A DNA stretch of 64,000 bases, taken from positions 320,001-384,000 of the IMG/VR virus record IMGVR_UViG_3300037484_000435; one strand, written 5' to 3'. The stretch comes from a virus. Taxonomy: Duplodnaviria; Caudoviricetes. A program made the position numbers and the translations under genes. Positions 26,875 through 38,100 of this stretch are shown here, in pieces. Every line of letters begins with the position of its first letter. The stretch's first letter is position 1. Under the pieces are notes generated by a model. The model was not told where the DNA came from. It worked only from the letters and a program-made list of their open reading frames with translations, and searched no databases.

Positions 26875-27163
26875 CCCCACCACTATCACTCTCAGTGTAA
26901 GATAGGTATTCCTCCAGTGTGCGTAAAGCTGGCTCCAACATAGATACAGCATCCCGAACAAACCCAATCTGCATAGCTATCACTGGGCGACGAGACATGA
27001 TAGTATCTTCATCTAACCCCACTAATCCAGAATACATCAAGTTATCCAATAACCTATTTAAAACTGCGAGCAACTCCAAACTTGCTAACAATTTGGGGTC
27101 AGGCTTCTCACACTCACATTCCCCAAAATAAGCAACTTCTTTTTTCAAATCTTTTAGTGACAT
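26867..27163 (-). CDS. Hypothetical protein
   Basis: 98-aa ORF with a GGAG RBS, in operon. Confidence 0.55.
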   Translation of the reverse strand: MSLKDLKKEVAYFGECECEKPDPKLLASLELLAVLNRLLDNLMYSGLVGLDEDTIMSRRPVIAMQIGFVRDAVSMLEPALRTLEEYLSYTESDSGGDD

Positions 27164-27176
27164 TTCACTCCTCCTT

Positions 27177-27560
27177 CTAACGTATACCTGCTGAAATAAT
27201 CATGGCCCCAGCCAACGCTAGGAAACCCCAAAATATATAGCAGGCCGCTTTTTCAATCGGAGTGCCTGCCTGTAATTTTTTATATGAAAAATACGGAAAA
27301 AACCACGATACCAAAGTAAGGAAAGCAACTTCTGAAAATACTCCCCATACAGTCACCCACATGGAAATATTAAGAGTCATATCTCGATTACTCACCAACT
27401 CTGGGTTCTGACTAAAATATGTTAGGGCAAAATATGCGAAGACGCACCACACTACTATTGGTATCCCGTTCACTATTCCAAAAAACAATTGTTTGTACCA
27501 AGGCCAATTAGGGTCTATGTCTATTATTGCACGACTACTTTCTTGCTTTTCTTCTTTCAT
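27177..27560 (-). CDS. Three-TM membrane protein, holin candidate
   Basis: Three hydrophobic helices, 127 aa, upstream of the endolysin. Confidence 0.5.
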   Translation of the reverse strand: MKEEKQESSRAIIDIDPNWPWYKQLFFGIVNGIPIVVWCVFAYFALTYFSQNPELVSNRDMTLNISMWVTVWGVFSEVAFLTLVSWFFPYFSYKKLQAGTPIEKAACYIFWGFLALAGAMIISAGIR

Positions 27561-28211
27561 TTACTCCTCCTCACTGCCACAATGAATTATATTATGGCAA
27601 TTAGCACACACCAAATCACACTTTTCTAATTCTTTTTTTAAATGCTCCCAAGTCAGAGTTCTCTTATTAACTAAATAAGAAATCTTAAACTCCTTCTTAC
27701 TGGGGTCTCTATGGTGAAACACCATTGCAGCATAATGAAAAGTCCCACCGCACACCTTGCATTTATTCCCCATATACTCTATAGCTTTAATTGTCCACTC
27801 TCTTCTGCTAATCCTCACCTTCTCCAAACAACTATCACATTCATAAGTTTCTCCAAACCAGGGCTGTAAACACCTAGGACATAGACCCCTATCTTTGAGT
27901 CTTTTCCTCCTTTCTTTGGCTTTCAATCCGCTACATCCCTTACACCAAGAAATAGAGTTTTTATGTTTACTATAATACTCATTTAGTGGTTTATCTTCCC
28001 CACACACCGAGCAAACTTTATGACCCAACTCATTAATTTGTTTACGCCTAAACACAGCTGATAAATGATAACCTTCACTCTTCGTACGTTTTTCACAGCC
28101 AGATTCTAAAATGACTCTTTCTATATAAGACCTACTTCTTCCAGTCATCTTTGCCAAGGTCACAATACCAGCACCCCTTTTATAATTACAAACAATTTCT
28201 ATCTTTTCCAC
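27561..28211 (-). CDS. HNH endonuclease
   Basis: VFHHRDPSKKEF...LEKCDLVCANCHNIIH plus N-terminal CxxC motifs. Confidence 0.8.
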   Translation of the reverse strand: MEKIEIVCNYKRGAGIVTLAKMTGRSRSYIERVILESGCEKRTKSEGYHLSAVFRRKQINELGHKVCSVCGEDKPLNEYYSKHKNSISWCKGCSGLKAKERRKRLKDRGLCPRCLQPWFGETYECDSCLEKVRISRREWTIKAIEYMGNKCKVCGGTFHYAAMVFHHRDPSKKEFKISYLVNKRTLTWEHLKKELEKCDLVCANCHNIIHCGSEEE

Positions 28212-28320
28212 CGTTACACAATCCTCCTGTCCTTTAAGATAAACCTACAGATTTGTGGTCTACTAAGAGTTAGGAGGATGGTTATTTGAAATATTAGGGG
28301 AAGTTAAAAGGGAGGAGGTG

Positions 28321-28345
28321 GAACCCCTAAGCGGGTTAGGGGTTC
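28321..28345. terminator. Perfect 10-bp hairpin downstream of LAGLIDADG gene
   Basis: GAACCCCTAA-GCGGG-TTAGGGGTTC; no immediate U-tract. Confidence 0.4.
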
Positions 28346-28358
28346 GTAGGAGAAAGGA

Positions 28359-29525
28359 TTAAGAAAGGGGATTGGATTGGAGGTAAGAGATAACTGGGTC
28401 CCATTTACGTTTTAGGTAAGGGGTTTTAACGGAAAGAAGTTTTTCTATAATACGGAGGGCACGTTTACCGTGCACTTTATAGTAGAATATCTTAGTATTA
28501 TACGGACCACAAACATTAGCAGATTTATAGTTAGATTCATTCGGTGGGGCCCACTTCTCAAACCAAAGTTTAACCCACTCCATCATTTCGTGGGTCCCGC
28601 AAACTCCGATTAAGCATTTCTTGGAAGATTTAAAAACTACGGACCCGTCGCCGTCAACAAAACCTCTAATATAACTTTTAATTTGTTCTTCATCAACAAT
28701 CTTTGGGGGTATTAATGTCAAAGACTTCCTTGGGACAATAGAAAAATATTTTTCTAAATCCAAGAACCACTGCCTTACACCCCAAATGAACATCGCTACC
28801 TTGTCGTACCCATCCCCATCTGTAAAATAACGAACGGTTCCCGAATACCCCACATCCTCCACCAGCTGTTCTAAGTGATAGCCATCTCGGGCTTGTAGGC
28901 CGACAGAAAATAAATGCTTCCCTTCGGTTAAGCAACCATCAGCAGCAATAAAGCCTGCCCAGTAGGAGTTCAAAATACTCGGAGTAGAAAAGAAATCCAT
29001 ATCTACAGCATACGTTCGTTGTTCTCGCTTATCATCTTCTGGAACCAAAAGTCTCCAACGGTGGTGAATCGCTTTCCTGCTTCTGTGCGGCAATAGCCTT
29101 TTAATCTCGTTAACATCCTCTTGATAATTATTAATAAGTAATAAATCTTCGTCCCCCGCCCACAGTTTCCTATCAAATTTGTGTTTAGCTATTATTCCCT
29201 TTTTCTTCATCCTATCCAACTTTGAGGCAACAGACGGAAAATTACGACCGACTATCTTCGCAATTTCTTGGATAGTAGTTTTTCCTATATTGTTTAATAA
29301 GAGTTGCTCGTCGTCTTCGCTCCATTTTTCCGTGGTAATTTGATTCTTGTGAATAGTTTCTAATCCTAATTTACGCCTTCTATGTTGTACAGACTGGTTA
29401 GTTCTGCCAAGCAAAAGGCCACAAATTTCATCATATGATAATTTTCCATAGTTACTCCTGATAATATCATCTTCCCATTCTTCCCACACCTTATTGTCTT
29501 TAGCACAGCCTTGTAATTTTGTCAC
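28359..29525 (-). CDS. LAGLIDADG homing endonuclease with three Myb-like repeats
   Basis: WEEWED, WSEDDE and WAGDED repeats; SYWAGFIAADG and YIRGFVDGDG. Confidence 0.85.
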   Translation of the reverse strand: MTKLQGCAKDNKVWEEWEDDIIRSNYGKLSYDEICGLLLGRTNQSVQHRRRKLGLETIHKNQITTEKWSEDDEQLLLNNIGKTTIQEIAKIVGRNFPSVASKLDRMKKKGIIAKHKFDRKLWAGDEDLLLINNYQEDVNEIKRLLPHRSRKAIHHRWRLLVPEDDKREQRTYAVDMDFFSTPSILNSYWAGFIAADGCLTEGKHLFSVGLQARDGYHLEQLVEDVGYSGTVRYFTDGDGYDKVAMFIWGVRQWFLDLEKYFSIVPRKSLTLIPPKIVDEEQIKSYIRGFVDGDGSVVFKSSKKCLIGVCGTHEMMEWVKLWFEKWAPPNESNYKSANVCGPYNTKIFYYKVHGKRALRIIEKLLSVKTPYLKRKWDPVISYLQSNPLS

Positions 29526-29621
29526 AGATAGACCCCCTAAGTCTAGTTTTTTCCATCACCTAATTAGACACCGAACTGTATAAAAAGTTTCAAATAATAA
29601 TACGTGTTGTGTATTTTAGAC

Positions 29622-29653
29622 AAAAAAAAAACGGGAGTATTACTACTCCCGTT
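29622..29653 (-). terminator. Intrinsic terminator after capsid operon
   Basis: Minus strand AACGGGAGTA-GTAA-TACTCCCGTT followed by a long T run. Confidence 0.85.
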
Positions 29654-29685
29654 AACTTTAACAAATACAAATAACTTACTGTTAT

Positions 29686-29910
29686 TTATACAGTATCGGC
29701 ATCCCATTTAATGTGCCACGACCACGACTGGCCGTTTCCGGCATATAAAGGCACATCCGTTATGGTTGTGGTTCTCCAAATGGGTTCGATGTTGAACATA
29801 CACCAGTAGCCATAATAGCCACGGGATCCGTCCCATATCTTATTTTTCCATCCGGGCACTTTTACCGCACGGGTTTTTCCACTTCTATCTAGGTATATCA
29901 AAGCTGACAT
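29686..29910 (-). CDS. Hypothetical protein
   Basis: 74-aa ORF with a GAGG RBS after the capsid gene. Confidence 0.55.
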   Translation of the reverse strand: MSALIYLDRSGKTRAVKVPGWKNKIWDGSRGYYGYWCMFNIEPIWRTTTITDVPLYAGNGQSWSWHIKWDADTV

Positions 29911-29937
29911 TATATGTGTTCCTCCTTTTATACCTTA

Positions 29938-31023
29938 TTAGGGTGTGTACCTATCAATGATTCCCAAGGCTATGAATCGGGCATCGAGGCATGCGAAGCC
30001 TAACTTGGCCCACCCATAAAAGCCTTGTCTCTGACGTCTGTGTAGGTTAGGATCATCGAAGGCCTGATACTCTTGGCGGATCATCATAAGTAATGAAACG
30101 TCAGTCTGATCAAACCCGTAGATCTGTGTCTCGCCAGCAGTTACTAGGCTTCCATTTTCATCCAACACGTTACCATGGGTCAACGCATAGTCGTTGAATT
30201 TGTTGTCACTAGCATTACCAACGAACGGACCAAACTCAGAAGTTCTGTCATTGATATTAAACTTACCCCTGACACCCAAGCAGTTAACGACTCGGAAATT
30301 GATTCCCCAAATACTACCTAAACCAGCAGCAGTGAAGATCTCCCTACGAGTAATTGGATCCACATCGGTATCAGTATACTCTCTGATGTCTGCCATATCT
30401 TCAGGCGAGATCCAGAGAAGGCTAAGATTTCGTCTAGTTCTTTCCATACCAACGATCATACGGTTGATTAGTTCTTTGGAGAAATAACCAGCGGCTGCGT
30501 CACCAGCAGGGAGTTCATAAATTGGAGCAGGCCTTGGGGGAAGAATACCAGCACCTGTGAACGCTGTAGTAGCGGCAGGAATAATGGTTCTCCAACCAGC
30601 CTCTTCCTCATACTCTGCAATAGCCTTGGCTACAGCTTTCTGAGCTTGCTGAGGAATATCCAAACGGCCCTCTTCGGCGTACTTCAGCGGCCAATCTTTC
30701 GCAGCTTGAATCTGGAAAATTGGAATGCTTACTTCGTCCGCCCCGAGTTCCATCTGGTCTTGGGCAACATAACCCAGACTTGGAAGTGTCCAAATGGGGC
30801 TATCAAAATCATCTGCTATCGGAAAAGTTGGCTGTTGTCCTGGAGCCAACCTAATTACCTGAAAAAGGTCCCGCATATACGACTGCTCTTCGACGGCCTT
30901 AAGAATAGGGCCATTTAAAGAGGCAGCGAATGCCCTGTAAGCTCTGTAGCCTTCAGGGGTGTGCATGGCGGCGGTGGCCTTAAACAGTTCGACAGCTTTT
31001 TGCTCTCTTTCTTTTTCAGTCAT
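29938..31023 (-). CDS. Major capsid protein (HK97-fold, probable)
   Basis: About 361 aa, following the scaffold and decoration genes, with a GGAGG RBS and a strong terminator nearby. It has HK97-like segments (RDLFQVIRLAPGQQPTFP; EVSIPIFQIQAAKDW..KYAEEGRLDI; RRQRQGFYGWAKLGF). Confidence 0.8.
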   Translation of the reverse strand: MTEKEREQKAVELFKATAAMHTPEGYRAYRAFAASLNGPILKAVEEQSYMRDLFQVIRLAPGQQPTFPIADDFDSPIWTLPSLGYVAQDQMELGADEVSIPIFQIQAAKDWPLKYAEEGRLDIPQQAQKAVAKAIAEYEEEAGWRTIIPAATTAFTGAGILPPRPAPIYELPAGDAAAGYFSKELINRMIVGMERTRRNLSLLWISPEDMADIREYTDTDVDPITRREIFTAAGLGSIWGINFRVVNCLGVRGKFNINDRTSEFGPFVGNASDNKFNDYALTHGNVLDENGSLVTAGETQIYGFDQTDVSLLMMIRQEYQAFDDPNLHRRQRQGFYGWAKLGFACLDARFIALGIIDRYTP

Positions 31024-31042
31024 TGTAGTGCCTACCTCCACC

Positions 31043-31570
31043 TTAAATTAATAACAGAATATGCAGTTGTCTTCCCGCGGCTGCTTGCGTGGTAGTACGA
31101 GTATTCATTGCGATAGCAACAGGAACTCCTGAGGCGGTGGTGCCATCAGCACACATGCCCCATCCTGTACTCTTTACTAGTGTTCCACTTGCAGACGCAT
31201 AAAGCACGTCACCTGCATTAATCTGTACATCAGTATCATAAACCGTAGTGGACCATAATCCACCGTGAGCCACTGCCACAGGTCCACCAGGGAACTCGCG
31301 GGTCGTGCCTTTATCACGGGGATGTACTCCACCCCAGGAAATATATCTACGATCATATTCGGAAATAATCTCCTGCATCAGAAGCCCAAATGGACGTTGG
31401 GTACACGCAGTCATACCTTTGACAACTGTCGTTTCTCCATCGCACCCAGCCACCGTAACTACAACACCGGCTGGTAGTATAACTGGACTCCCGGTTACAA
31501 AAGGCGTAGTTTGTGTTCTATCATGCTTGCAAAAAGAATTTTCAAGCACGGGTTGTCTGGCTGTTAACAT
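31043..31570 (-). CDS. Head decoration/cement protein (probable)
   Basis: PFGLLMQ...GPVAVAHGGLWSTTVYD...AGDVLY...GTL pattern; lies between scaffold and capsid. Confidence 0.6.
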   Translation of the reverse strand: MLTARQPVLENSFCKHDRTQTTPFVTGSPVILPAGVVVTVAGCDGETTVVKGMTACTQRPFGLLMQEIISEYDRRYISWGGVHPRDKGTTREFPGGPVAVAHGGLWSTTVYDTDVQINAGDVLYASASGTLVKSTGWGMCADGTTASGVPVAIAMNTRTTTQAAAGRQLHILLLI

Positions 31571-32403
31571 TATTTACTCTCCTCCTTCACTGGCCACATA
31601 ACACTAGCGTACTCCTGAATCAAAGCTTGATCGTCCTCTGGGCTACTAATAGTAGTCTTCAGGTTCAAAGCAGCTAGGTCCTTCTTCAGTTGTATAAGCT
31701 TTGCTGCGGTCATCTTAGCAGATTCTGAATCAGCAACGCTACCATCTACTACTGCGGCTTCATCAGGTTCAACTGGTGTAGCAGGAGTGTCTGTTGCAAC
31801 AACAGGCTCAACTTTTACTACCTCTGGAACAGCTGCGATAGTTGGTGTATCTACCACAGGTGCAACAGGAACGTCAGCCACGACAGGTTCAGGGACTGGA
31901 ACGTCCTTTAACCAGTCTGCCTTAAGAGATTCGAGTTCGGATTTATACTCAGTGTATTCCTCGTCATCCATACCCTTAATTCTAGACTTAAGTCGGTCTG
32001 CTGATTTACCACTCGATAGAAGACCAGCCTCTTCAAGCTCCTTTACCCTTCGTTGCATAGCCGCTTCTTTTTCCATATCATTAATTTTCTGCTCTAGCTC
32101 GGTGCTCTTTTCAGTAGCCTTCACCAAATCAGTTTTGGCCGAGTCAATCTCTGCCTTCAACGATATGATCTCTGATTCCAATGCTTCCTTCTCCGCAGTC
32201 AATGACTCGATCTGCGTAGTGAGTTCTGCATTTTTCTCATTTGCGGCGACTTCTGCGTCACGAAGCTCAGCCAAGGTGGTCTCATATTCAGCGAATACTT
32301 CCTCCATCTTGACCTTCTGAGTTGTTTCGTCCTCAGCCAGAACAGAAGCTACTGTGCTTTTGACTGTAGCTTTGATCTTTTGTCGCTCGTCTTTTTTACT
32401 CAT
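31570..32403 (-). CDS. Capsid scaffolding protein (probable)
   Basis: Long acidic coiled coil plus a Pro/Val/Ala-rich linker upstream of the capsid gene; ATG at 32403 with GGAGG. Confidence 0.65.
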   Translation of the reverse strand: MSKKDERQKIKATVKSTVASVLAEDETTQKVKMEEVFAEYETTLAELRDAEVAANEKNAELTTQIESLTAEKEALESEIISLKAEIDSAKTDLVKATEKSTELEQKINDMEKEAAMQRRVKELEEAGLLSSGKSADRLKSRIKGMDDEEYTEYKSELESLKADWLKDVPVPEPVVADVPVAPVVDTPTIAAVPEVVKVEPVVATDTPATPVEPDEAAVVDGSVADSESAKMTAAKLIQLKKDLAALNLKTTISSPEDDQALIQEYASVMWPVKEESK

Positions 32404-32597
32404 TAAAAATACCCTCCGTGTACTGTCTCCGCCATATAGCAAAAACTTCCTGCGTTAGCAGGCTAAACCGTAGTACCTACGGCGAAAACTTTAATTAGAG
32501 TTAATTACCTTAATTCTTTGCCCCCACAAAACCTTTCCCTAATCCTATCTTTTGATTAAGATTATGTTCTACCCTTTAATATCTGGTTAGTTAAAAC

Positions 32598-35129
32598 TTA
32601 TACATAATCAACCCCTAAACAGGTACCATATATTTGTATATTTTTAAAATTAGAGGTAGTTATTTTAAGTCGCATAATGTTGGAATTTCTAGGTACCAGT
32701 CCAGATTTTCTCCCTACAATATAACTGTAATTATCTACTGTAGAAAGTATCTGAAGGTTAGTTATTTGTTCGTAATTGGCCCCGTCATCCGAGCTAACCC
32801 AAACCTTAACATCCGTGCCTAAAGATACAGTGTCAACGAATTTACACTTAACAATTAATTCAATACTGGTGGGATTTATAGTAAAAGTAACCCACGGTTC
32901 TGAGATTAGGGTCATTTCGGAATCAGAGGTCATATAATTGGCTGTAAATCTAGTTACTGATGGAATGTGGTCTACAATTTTAAAACCCACAGCAACATCT
33001 ATTGATTTAGTGACGGTAGGAATAAATCCACCAGTAGCTTCCCACGCAGAACGACCAAGTAAACTAGGCCTGACTTGGCGTTGGGAAATCTCCAACTGGT
33101 CTATATATACGTATGTGGCACTGTACCCGCTATTTATAAACATGCGGTAAACACTATACCCGCTCACCGTAGTTAAAGGGAACCATGGTGTAAAGATACC
33201 CGCCGCCATCTGTGGATAATCGGAGCCAGCATAAGTAGAATCCAAATCGTCCCATGTTCCTCCTTGCGACCTATAGCCCTGTAACTTAAATCTCTTCGGT
33301 GCATATGTTGTATTACTGGTTCTCCATCTCCAAGCATAGGGTATAAATGGTGATTTAGTATCTATCTGTACCCATTGGTTCGCAGAGCTACCAGAATTAT
33401 ACCAAGGATTAGTCCCCCCAAATGCGTACCAAGCATCATAGGAAGTATTGTAAATAGACGATGCTGAAGCACTAAAAGGTGCCGGATTTGTATTTGAGTA
33501 CATAGTAGGAACAACACTAAATTCTTGTCGGGATAAGTCGGAGTCAAGCCAGTTCCAAGCGTTGCTAGTTACCACAAAAGCATCTTTCAGTGCTCCCTCT
33601 GAGGTATTGTCAGGACTATTTACCCATACCTGATTAGCATCTAGGTATTGCCAATTACCATTGTTATTCTGGGCGATACTACTCCACCCAGAAACGGTCG
33701 TATAAATTTTCCATGTGCTCCTTTGGTCAAAGCTAAACGCGTAATCCAGTTTAGTCAGACCTTTACACCCTTGATCTATTCTTATAGAATCTAAATGTGT
33801 CCAACTCTTAGTTAAAAAATGTGAAGCATTAGTAGTATGAGTAACCATAATATCCTTATCATAGTTTATCTCTCTAAATGTGTATTTAATAAAAGTACCA
33901 CGTAAACCAGCCACACTATCTCTACCACCAAACACATACAATTGATTATTAAAAGTGTCCCACGCGGTAGCCGAGTTTAAGAAAAATTGGTAAGGTGTAG
34001 TAGTATTGTAAAAACTATTTGTGTCAAAATTGTAAACCAAAATATCTGATGTGAACTCACCAGTAGATGATTGCCCACCAATTATAATAAGACATCGGTC
34101 TATAGGGTCATTAGTCAAGGTATGCCCCCACATAGTAACATTACTAGTGTGCCTCTGCACCCAAGTGTTTGACTCGATCGCATAAAGCCAAAAATCACCA
34201 TATAAAGTCGTTCCAGCAGTACCACCATAAATTAGCATGCTTCTAGTATGAGAATCATAGGCAGCCCAATGGTCGTTTCTTGCAACTGGGTTCCCAGTGT
34301 CTGCCAGATTAGCCCAATAGTTATTAACAAAAGAGAGCTGAAACGTCTCCTTATAGTTAGTAGCATTATACAGCCCGCCCCAAACCAACATTTGATTACC
34401 CACAGGGTCGTATATGGCTGAGTGTGAATGTCTAACCCCAGGGCCATTTCCACTAGGAGTGAGCAATTGCCACGTTCCACCTACTATGGAATAAGACCAG
34501 GTGTCATTTACTAAACCTGACGCAGTTTGCCCGCCAAATAAAACCAAACTTCTACTTTGATTATTATAAATTAAAGTGTGATTATCTCTGCCCACAGGAG
34601 AGGCCCCCATAGGGGTAATGTTGGTCCAAACACTGCTCTCAATATCGTATTTCCATAAATCTGATTTCCTAGCCCCGTCATTACCTCCGAACAAGAACAA
34701 AGCTCTATCCTCTAAAGAGTAAGCCATCATAGAATTTTCGCGGGCGGATGGGTGTATCGAGGTAGATATTTCTGTAACGGTATTAGATATTTCATTACTA
34801 TATAAAGGGACAAGGATATTATTAGAGACAGTAACACCAGAAGAAGTGAAGAAGTTATCTAAGGTGGGTTGCAAGCTAGAAGATATACCAGACGCTGTGT
34901 ATAGTCGTTCACAATACCCAGCAGAGCTATAATGGATGATAGAGCTACTATCAATGCCAGATGCTGTAATATAGTTATCACAGCAAACATCGTCTAAAAG
35001 CACCCTACCCTTACCAAGAGACCATGCTTGTAAAGCAACATTAAAAAGAATACCAGAAGCTACAGGGCTGTCATCACCACGGGTTCCCGCCGTCCCAGAT
35101 CCTAGCTGATTACTATTAATTATTGACAT
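32598..35129 (-). CDS. Kelch-repeat virion protein with discoidin/F5-8-like domain
   Basis: Six GG...W Kelch blades, then SASSIYNTSYDAWYAF...QWVQID...PKRFKLQG. Its termini are shared with the 35133 protein. Confidence 0.72.
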   Translation of the reverse strand: MSIINSNQLGSGTAGTRGDDSPVASGILFNVALQAWSLGKGRVLLDDVCCDNYITASGIDSSSIIHYSSAGYCERLYTASGISSSLQPTLDNFFTSSGVTVSNNILVPLYSNEISNTVTEISTSIHPSARENSMMAYSLEDRALFLFGGNDGARKSDLWKYDIESSVWTNITPMGASPVGRDNHTLIYNNQSRSLVLFGGQTASGLVNDTWSYSIVGGTWQLLTPSGNGPGVRHSHSAIYDPVGNQMLVWGGLYNATNYKETFQLSFVNNYWANLADTGNPVARNDHWAAYDSHTRSMLIYGGTAGTTLYGDFWLYAIESNTWVQRHTSNVTMWGHTLTNDPIDRCLIIIGGQSSTGEFTSDILVYNFDTNSFYNTTTPYQFFLNSATAWDTFNNQLYVFGGRDSVAGLRGTFIKYTFREINYDKDIMVTHTTNASHFLTKSWTHLDSIRIDQGCKGLTKLDYAFSFDQRSTWKIYTTVSGWSSIAQNNNGNWQYLDANQVWVNSPDNTSEGALKDAFVVTSNAWNWLDSDLSRQEFSVVPTMYSNTNPAPFSASASSIYNTSYDAWYAFGGTNPWYNSGSSANQWVQIDTKSPFIPYAWRWRTSNTTYAPKRFKLQGYRSQGGTWDDLDSTYAGSDYPQMAAGIFTPWFPLTTVSGYSVYRMFINSGYSATYVYIDQLEISQRQVRPSLLGRSAWEATGGFIPTVTKSIDVAVGFKIVDHIPSVTRFTANYMTSDSEMTLISEPWVTFTINPTSIELIVKCKFVDTVSLGTDVKVWVSSDDGANYEQITNLQILSTVDNYSYIVGRKSGLVPRNSNIMRLKITTSNFKNIQIYGTCLGVDYV

Positions 35130-35132
35130 AAA

Positions 35133-38100
35133 TTAATACCTAACGGCTACGCCCAAAGCATGAATTTCTACTCTTTTCGAGTTGTGAGTAGTTATTTTAC
35201 ACTTAATCCGGTTATCACTCCTTACGGTTAACGAGGTATCAATACCTTTTATAAAGGTGTGATCCTCCTCATTACGCAAGAGAGTCAACCCAGTAATTTG
35301 CGTGTAATTAGCACCGTTATCAGTACTGATCCAAACCTTTATGTCGCTATCCATCGTTAATGGGGAGTAAGCAACAATGTCCAACAGCACAAGGGCGGAA
35401 GTTGGATCATTAGCTGAGGCTTCCCACATCTCAGTAATCAAAATGATGTCACTTGTAGGTGCCGTATAATCTATGGAGTAAGAAATCATTTCTGGAACGT
35501 AATTATAAACACAGTCAAATCCGATAGCAAAATCTAGGGTTTTTGTACCTGTAGAAAACCCCCCAGTACCTGTGTATCCAGAAGTAGTAACATCAGACAA
35601 TACACTACTAGTCATTCTGTTGCCACTGGCTGTCATAGCCCACTGCAACGCTGAAATCTCATTATTGGTAGTTGCACTCTGCCATGTACTATTACTATTG
35701 AGAAACTCCCAATTACCTGAATTAGTCCTTACTATTGGTAACCAAGAGGTCCCACTAGCAACAACAAAAGACTGTCTGTTATCAAAACTAAGAGCATGGT
35801 ATATGTTAGAACTTCCTCTAACATCCACTGAAGGAGTTATATTCAGGATACTATCCCAAGCCTTCGTATTTAACTGGTTTCCGCTGGTAGTAGTAACGAC
35901 TATTCCAGATGGAGCCATCAGGTCCCATAGATTATACACAGTTATATCCTGGCTATGGTTTGGCAAGGCCACTGTATTACCACCATAAATATATAGATCA
36001 CCCGTTAAATCATTCCATGCATACATAAGATCGGACTTAGCCTGCGGAGTATACAAATCCGCGGATACCGTGTACATCGTGTTGGCAACTATATCGTAGC
36101 GGTAGAAGTCATTATACCGAGTAGCACTATACCCACCAAACAATAACAAAGAATGGGTCTTATAGTCATATCCGAGGGCCACCCCACACCTTACCGCTGG
36201 GCTCGCCCCTGTGTATTGCATTTGAATCCAAGTGTTAGACTCAATAACATATTTGTATAGAGTATTATAATAAGTTGTGGAGCCGTCAAAACCACCAAAA
36301 AGCCATATACACCTATTTATTGGATCATACGCCATAGATGCAGACCGTCTAGCCGAGGGTAGTGTTCCAATAGCAGCTATCTTTACCCAACTATTAGACT
36401 TAACATCATAATACCAAAACTCACTATATGTCGCTGCACCAGTACCGCCAAAAATGTACCACCTGTCATTGTCAGTATCATACGCTGACCCATACTGATA
36501 CCTATAAACGGGTAATGCCCCAGTAGGATATACAGTATACCAATTATTAGTAGCAAAATCATACTTCATAAGATCATTGGTATTAACACCCTCGCCCGAG
36601 AATAAAAAGACAGCATCTACCACAGGAGAATAAACCATAGATAGCCCCCGCCGTCGAGTAACACCTACGGGGGAACTAGATGTGTTAACACGGGATATAT
36701 TATTAGTAGCACAATCAATCTGCCAAAAATCATTATATGGGTGGTTACTATTATTTTGACCATAGCCGAGGAACACTTTATTTCTAGGTTTAACAAATAC
36801 CATAGCTCCATCATAGCGCATATCAGGATACCTATCAAGTAGAACATTAGTGGAAGGACTATAGGACCATAGGGAATTTCTATACTGGCTCCCCTGCCCA
36901 CCAAACACATAAAAAACATTGTTGTCGGTGTCAGTAGTATAGCCAAAAAAGTAGGTGGTATAGCCGGGCGTAGCGTATGCGGTATCGGGGGTAATTGCAG
37001 TCCAAGAGGTTTTAAAATTATAATTCCATACTTCAAGGGCCTTAGCGGCGCCCTGCCTGTAACCAGCAATGCAATAGAGATAGTCATTAACACTATCATA
37101 AAAACAACTGTGATCTCTCATTGTGTACGAAGATGAAGTAAGTTGTACCCACCTGTTGGGATTACTAGTATAATCCAACTTCCAAGTTTCCGCCACTTCG
37201 GACCCAGTATTTCCCCCCTGTATTATCATTGCTCCGCTGGCTGTTTGATAGATCGCCACATGCTCATCTCTTGCTGTAGGGCCGCTAGATAGAGACATCT
37301 GTCTCCAAGCATTAGTTCCGATAGTATATTCCCAAAGCTCAGAAACTCTTGAACCAGTGTTACCACCGAATATCAACATGGTACCACTATTGGTCATGTA
37401 AGTAGCGGTATGATACCGTCTAGCTGTTGGTCCCCCAGCATAAGTCTGCTGGGTCCACGTCCCAGACACCAGACTATATTTCCACATTTCATTAGTTACA
37501 GCGGCGATGTACCCACCCCACACTATTAGGTGCCTATTTACGGGGTCTAAAATCATAGAGTGCCCGTATCTTGCGGTAGGGGAACTACCAACTACATTAG
37601 CTCTGGTCCATTGACCGGATACAGTAGAATATTTCCATAATTCGTTAATAGCGTTAACAGACTGTTGTCCGTAACCACCAAACATCCAGACATTTTTCTC
37701 TACAGTATCATAGGACATAGCAGTATTATACCGCATATTAGGGCCATCATTCTGTATACGTGACCACCCACTGGTGGTTGAGGTCAGATAAGCTCCAGGA
37801 ACTACTTTGTTATCAGTAACTATAATGTCATAAATGCCCTTTATTGGGTAGGTCTGTTTATATAAGTCTAGTTTAACCTCGGCAAATCTATAGCCCGAGC
37901 CAGTAATAGCCATTATAGTTCTGGTATCGCCATAAAAATCAACAAGTAAACCTAGTTGAATATCTGTATTATCATTGCCCGCGCCCAAAGTTATCCTTTG
38001 GTTTACGGTAGTAGAGTTACCAAAAGTTTCCGCACTATAAGCACTAGTAATTACTATTTCATCTACCGAAGAAGTGGCGTCCACTGTGAAAGAATTGTTG

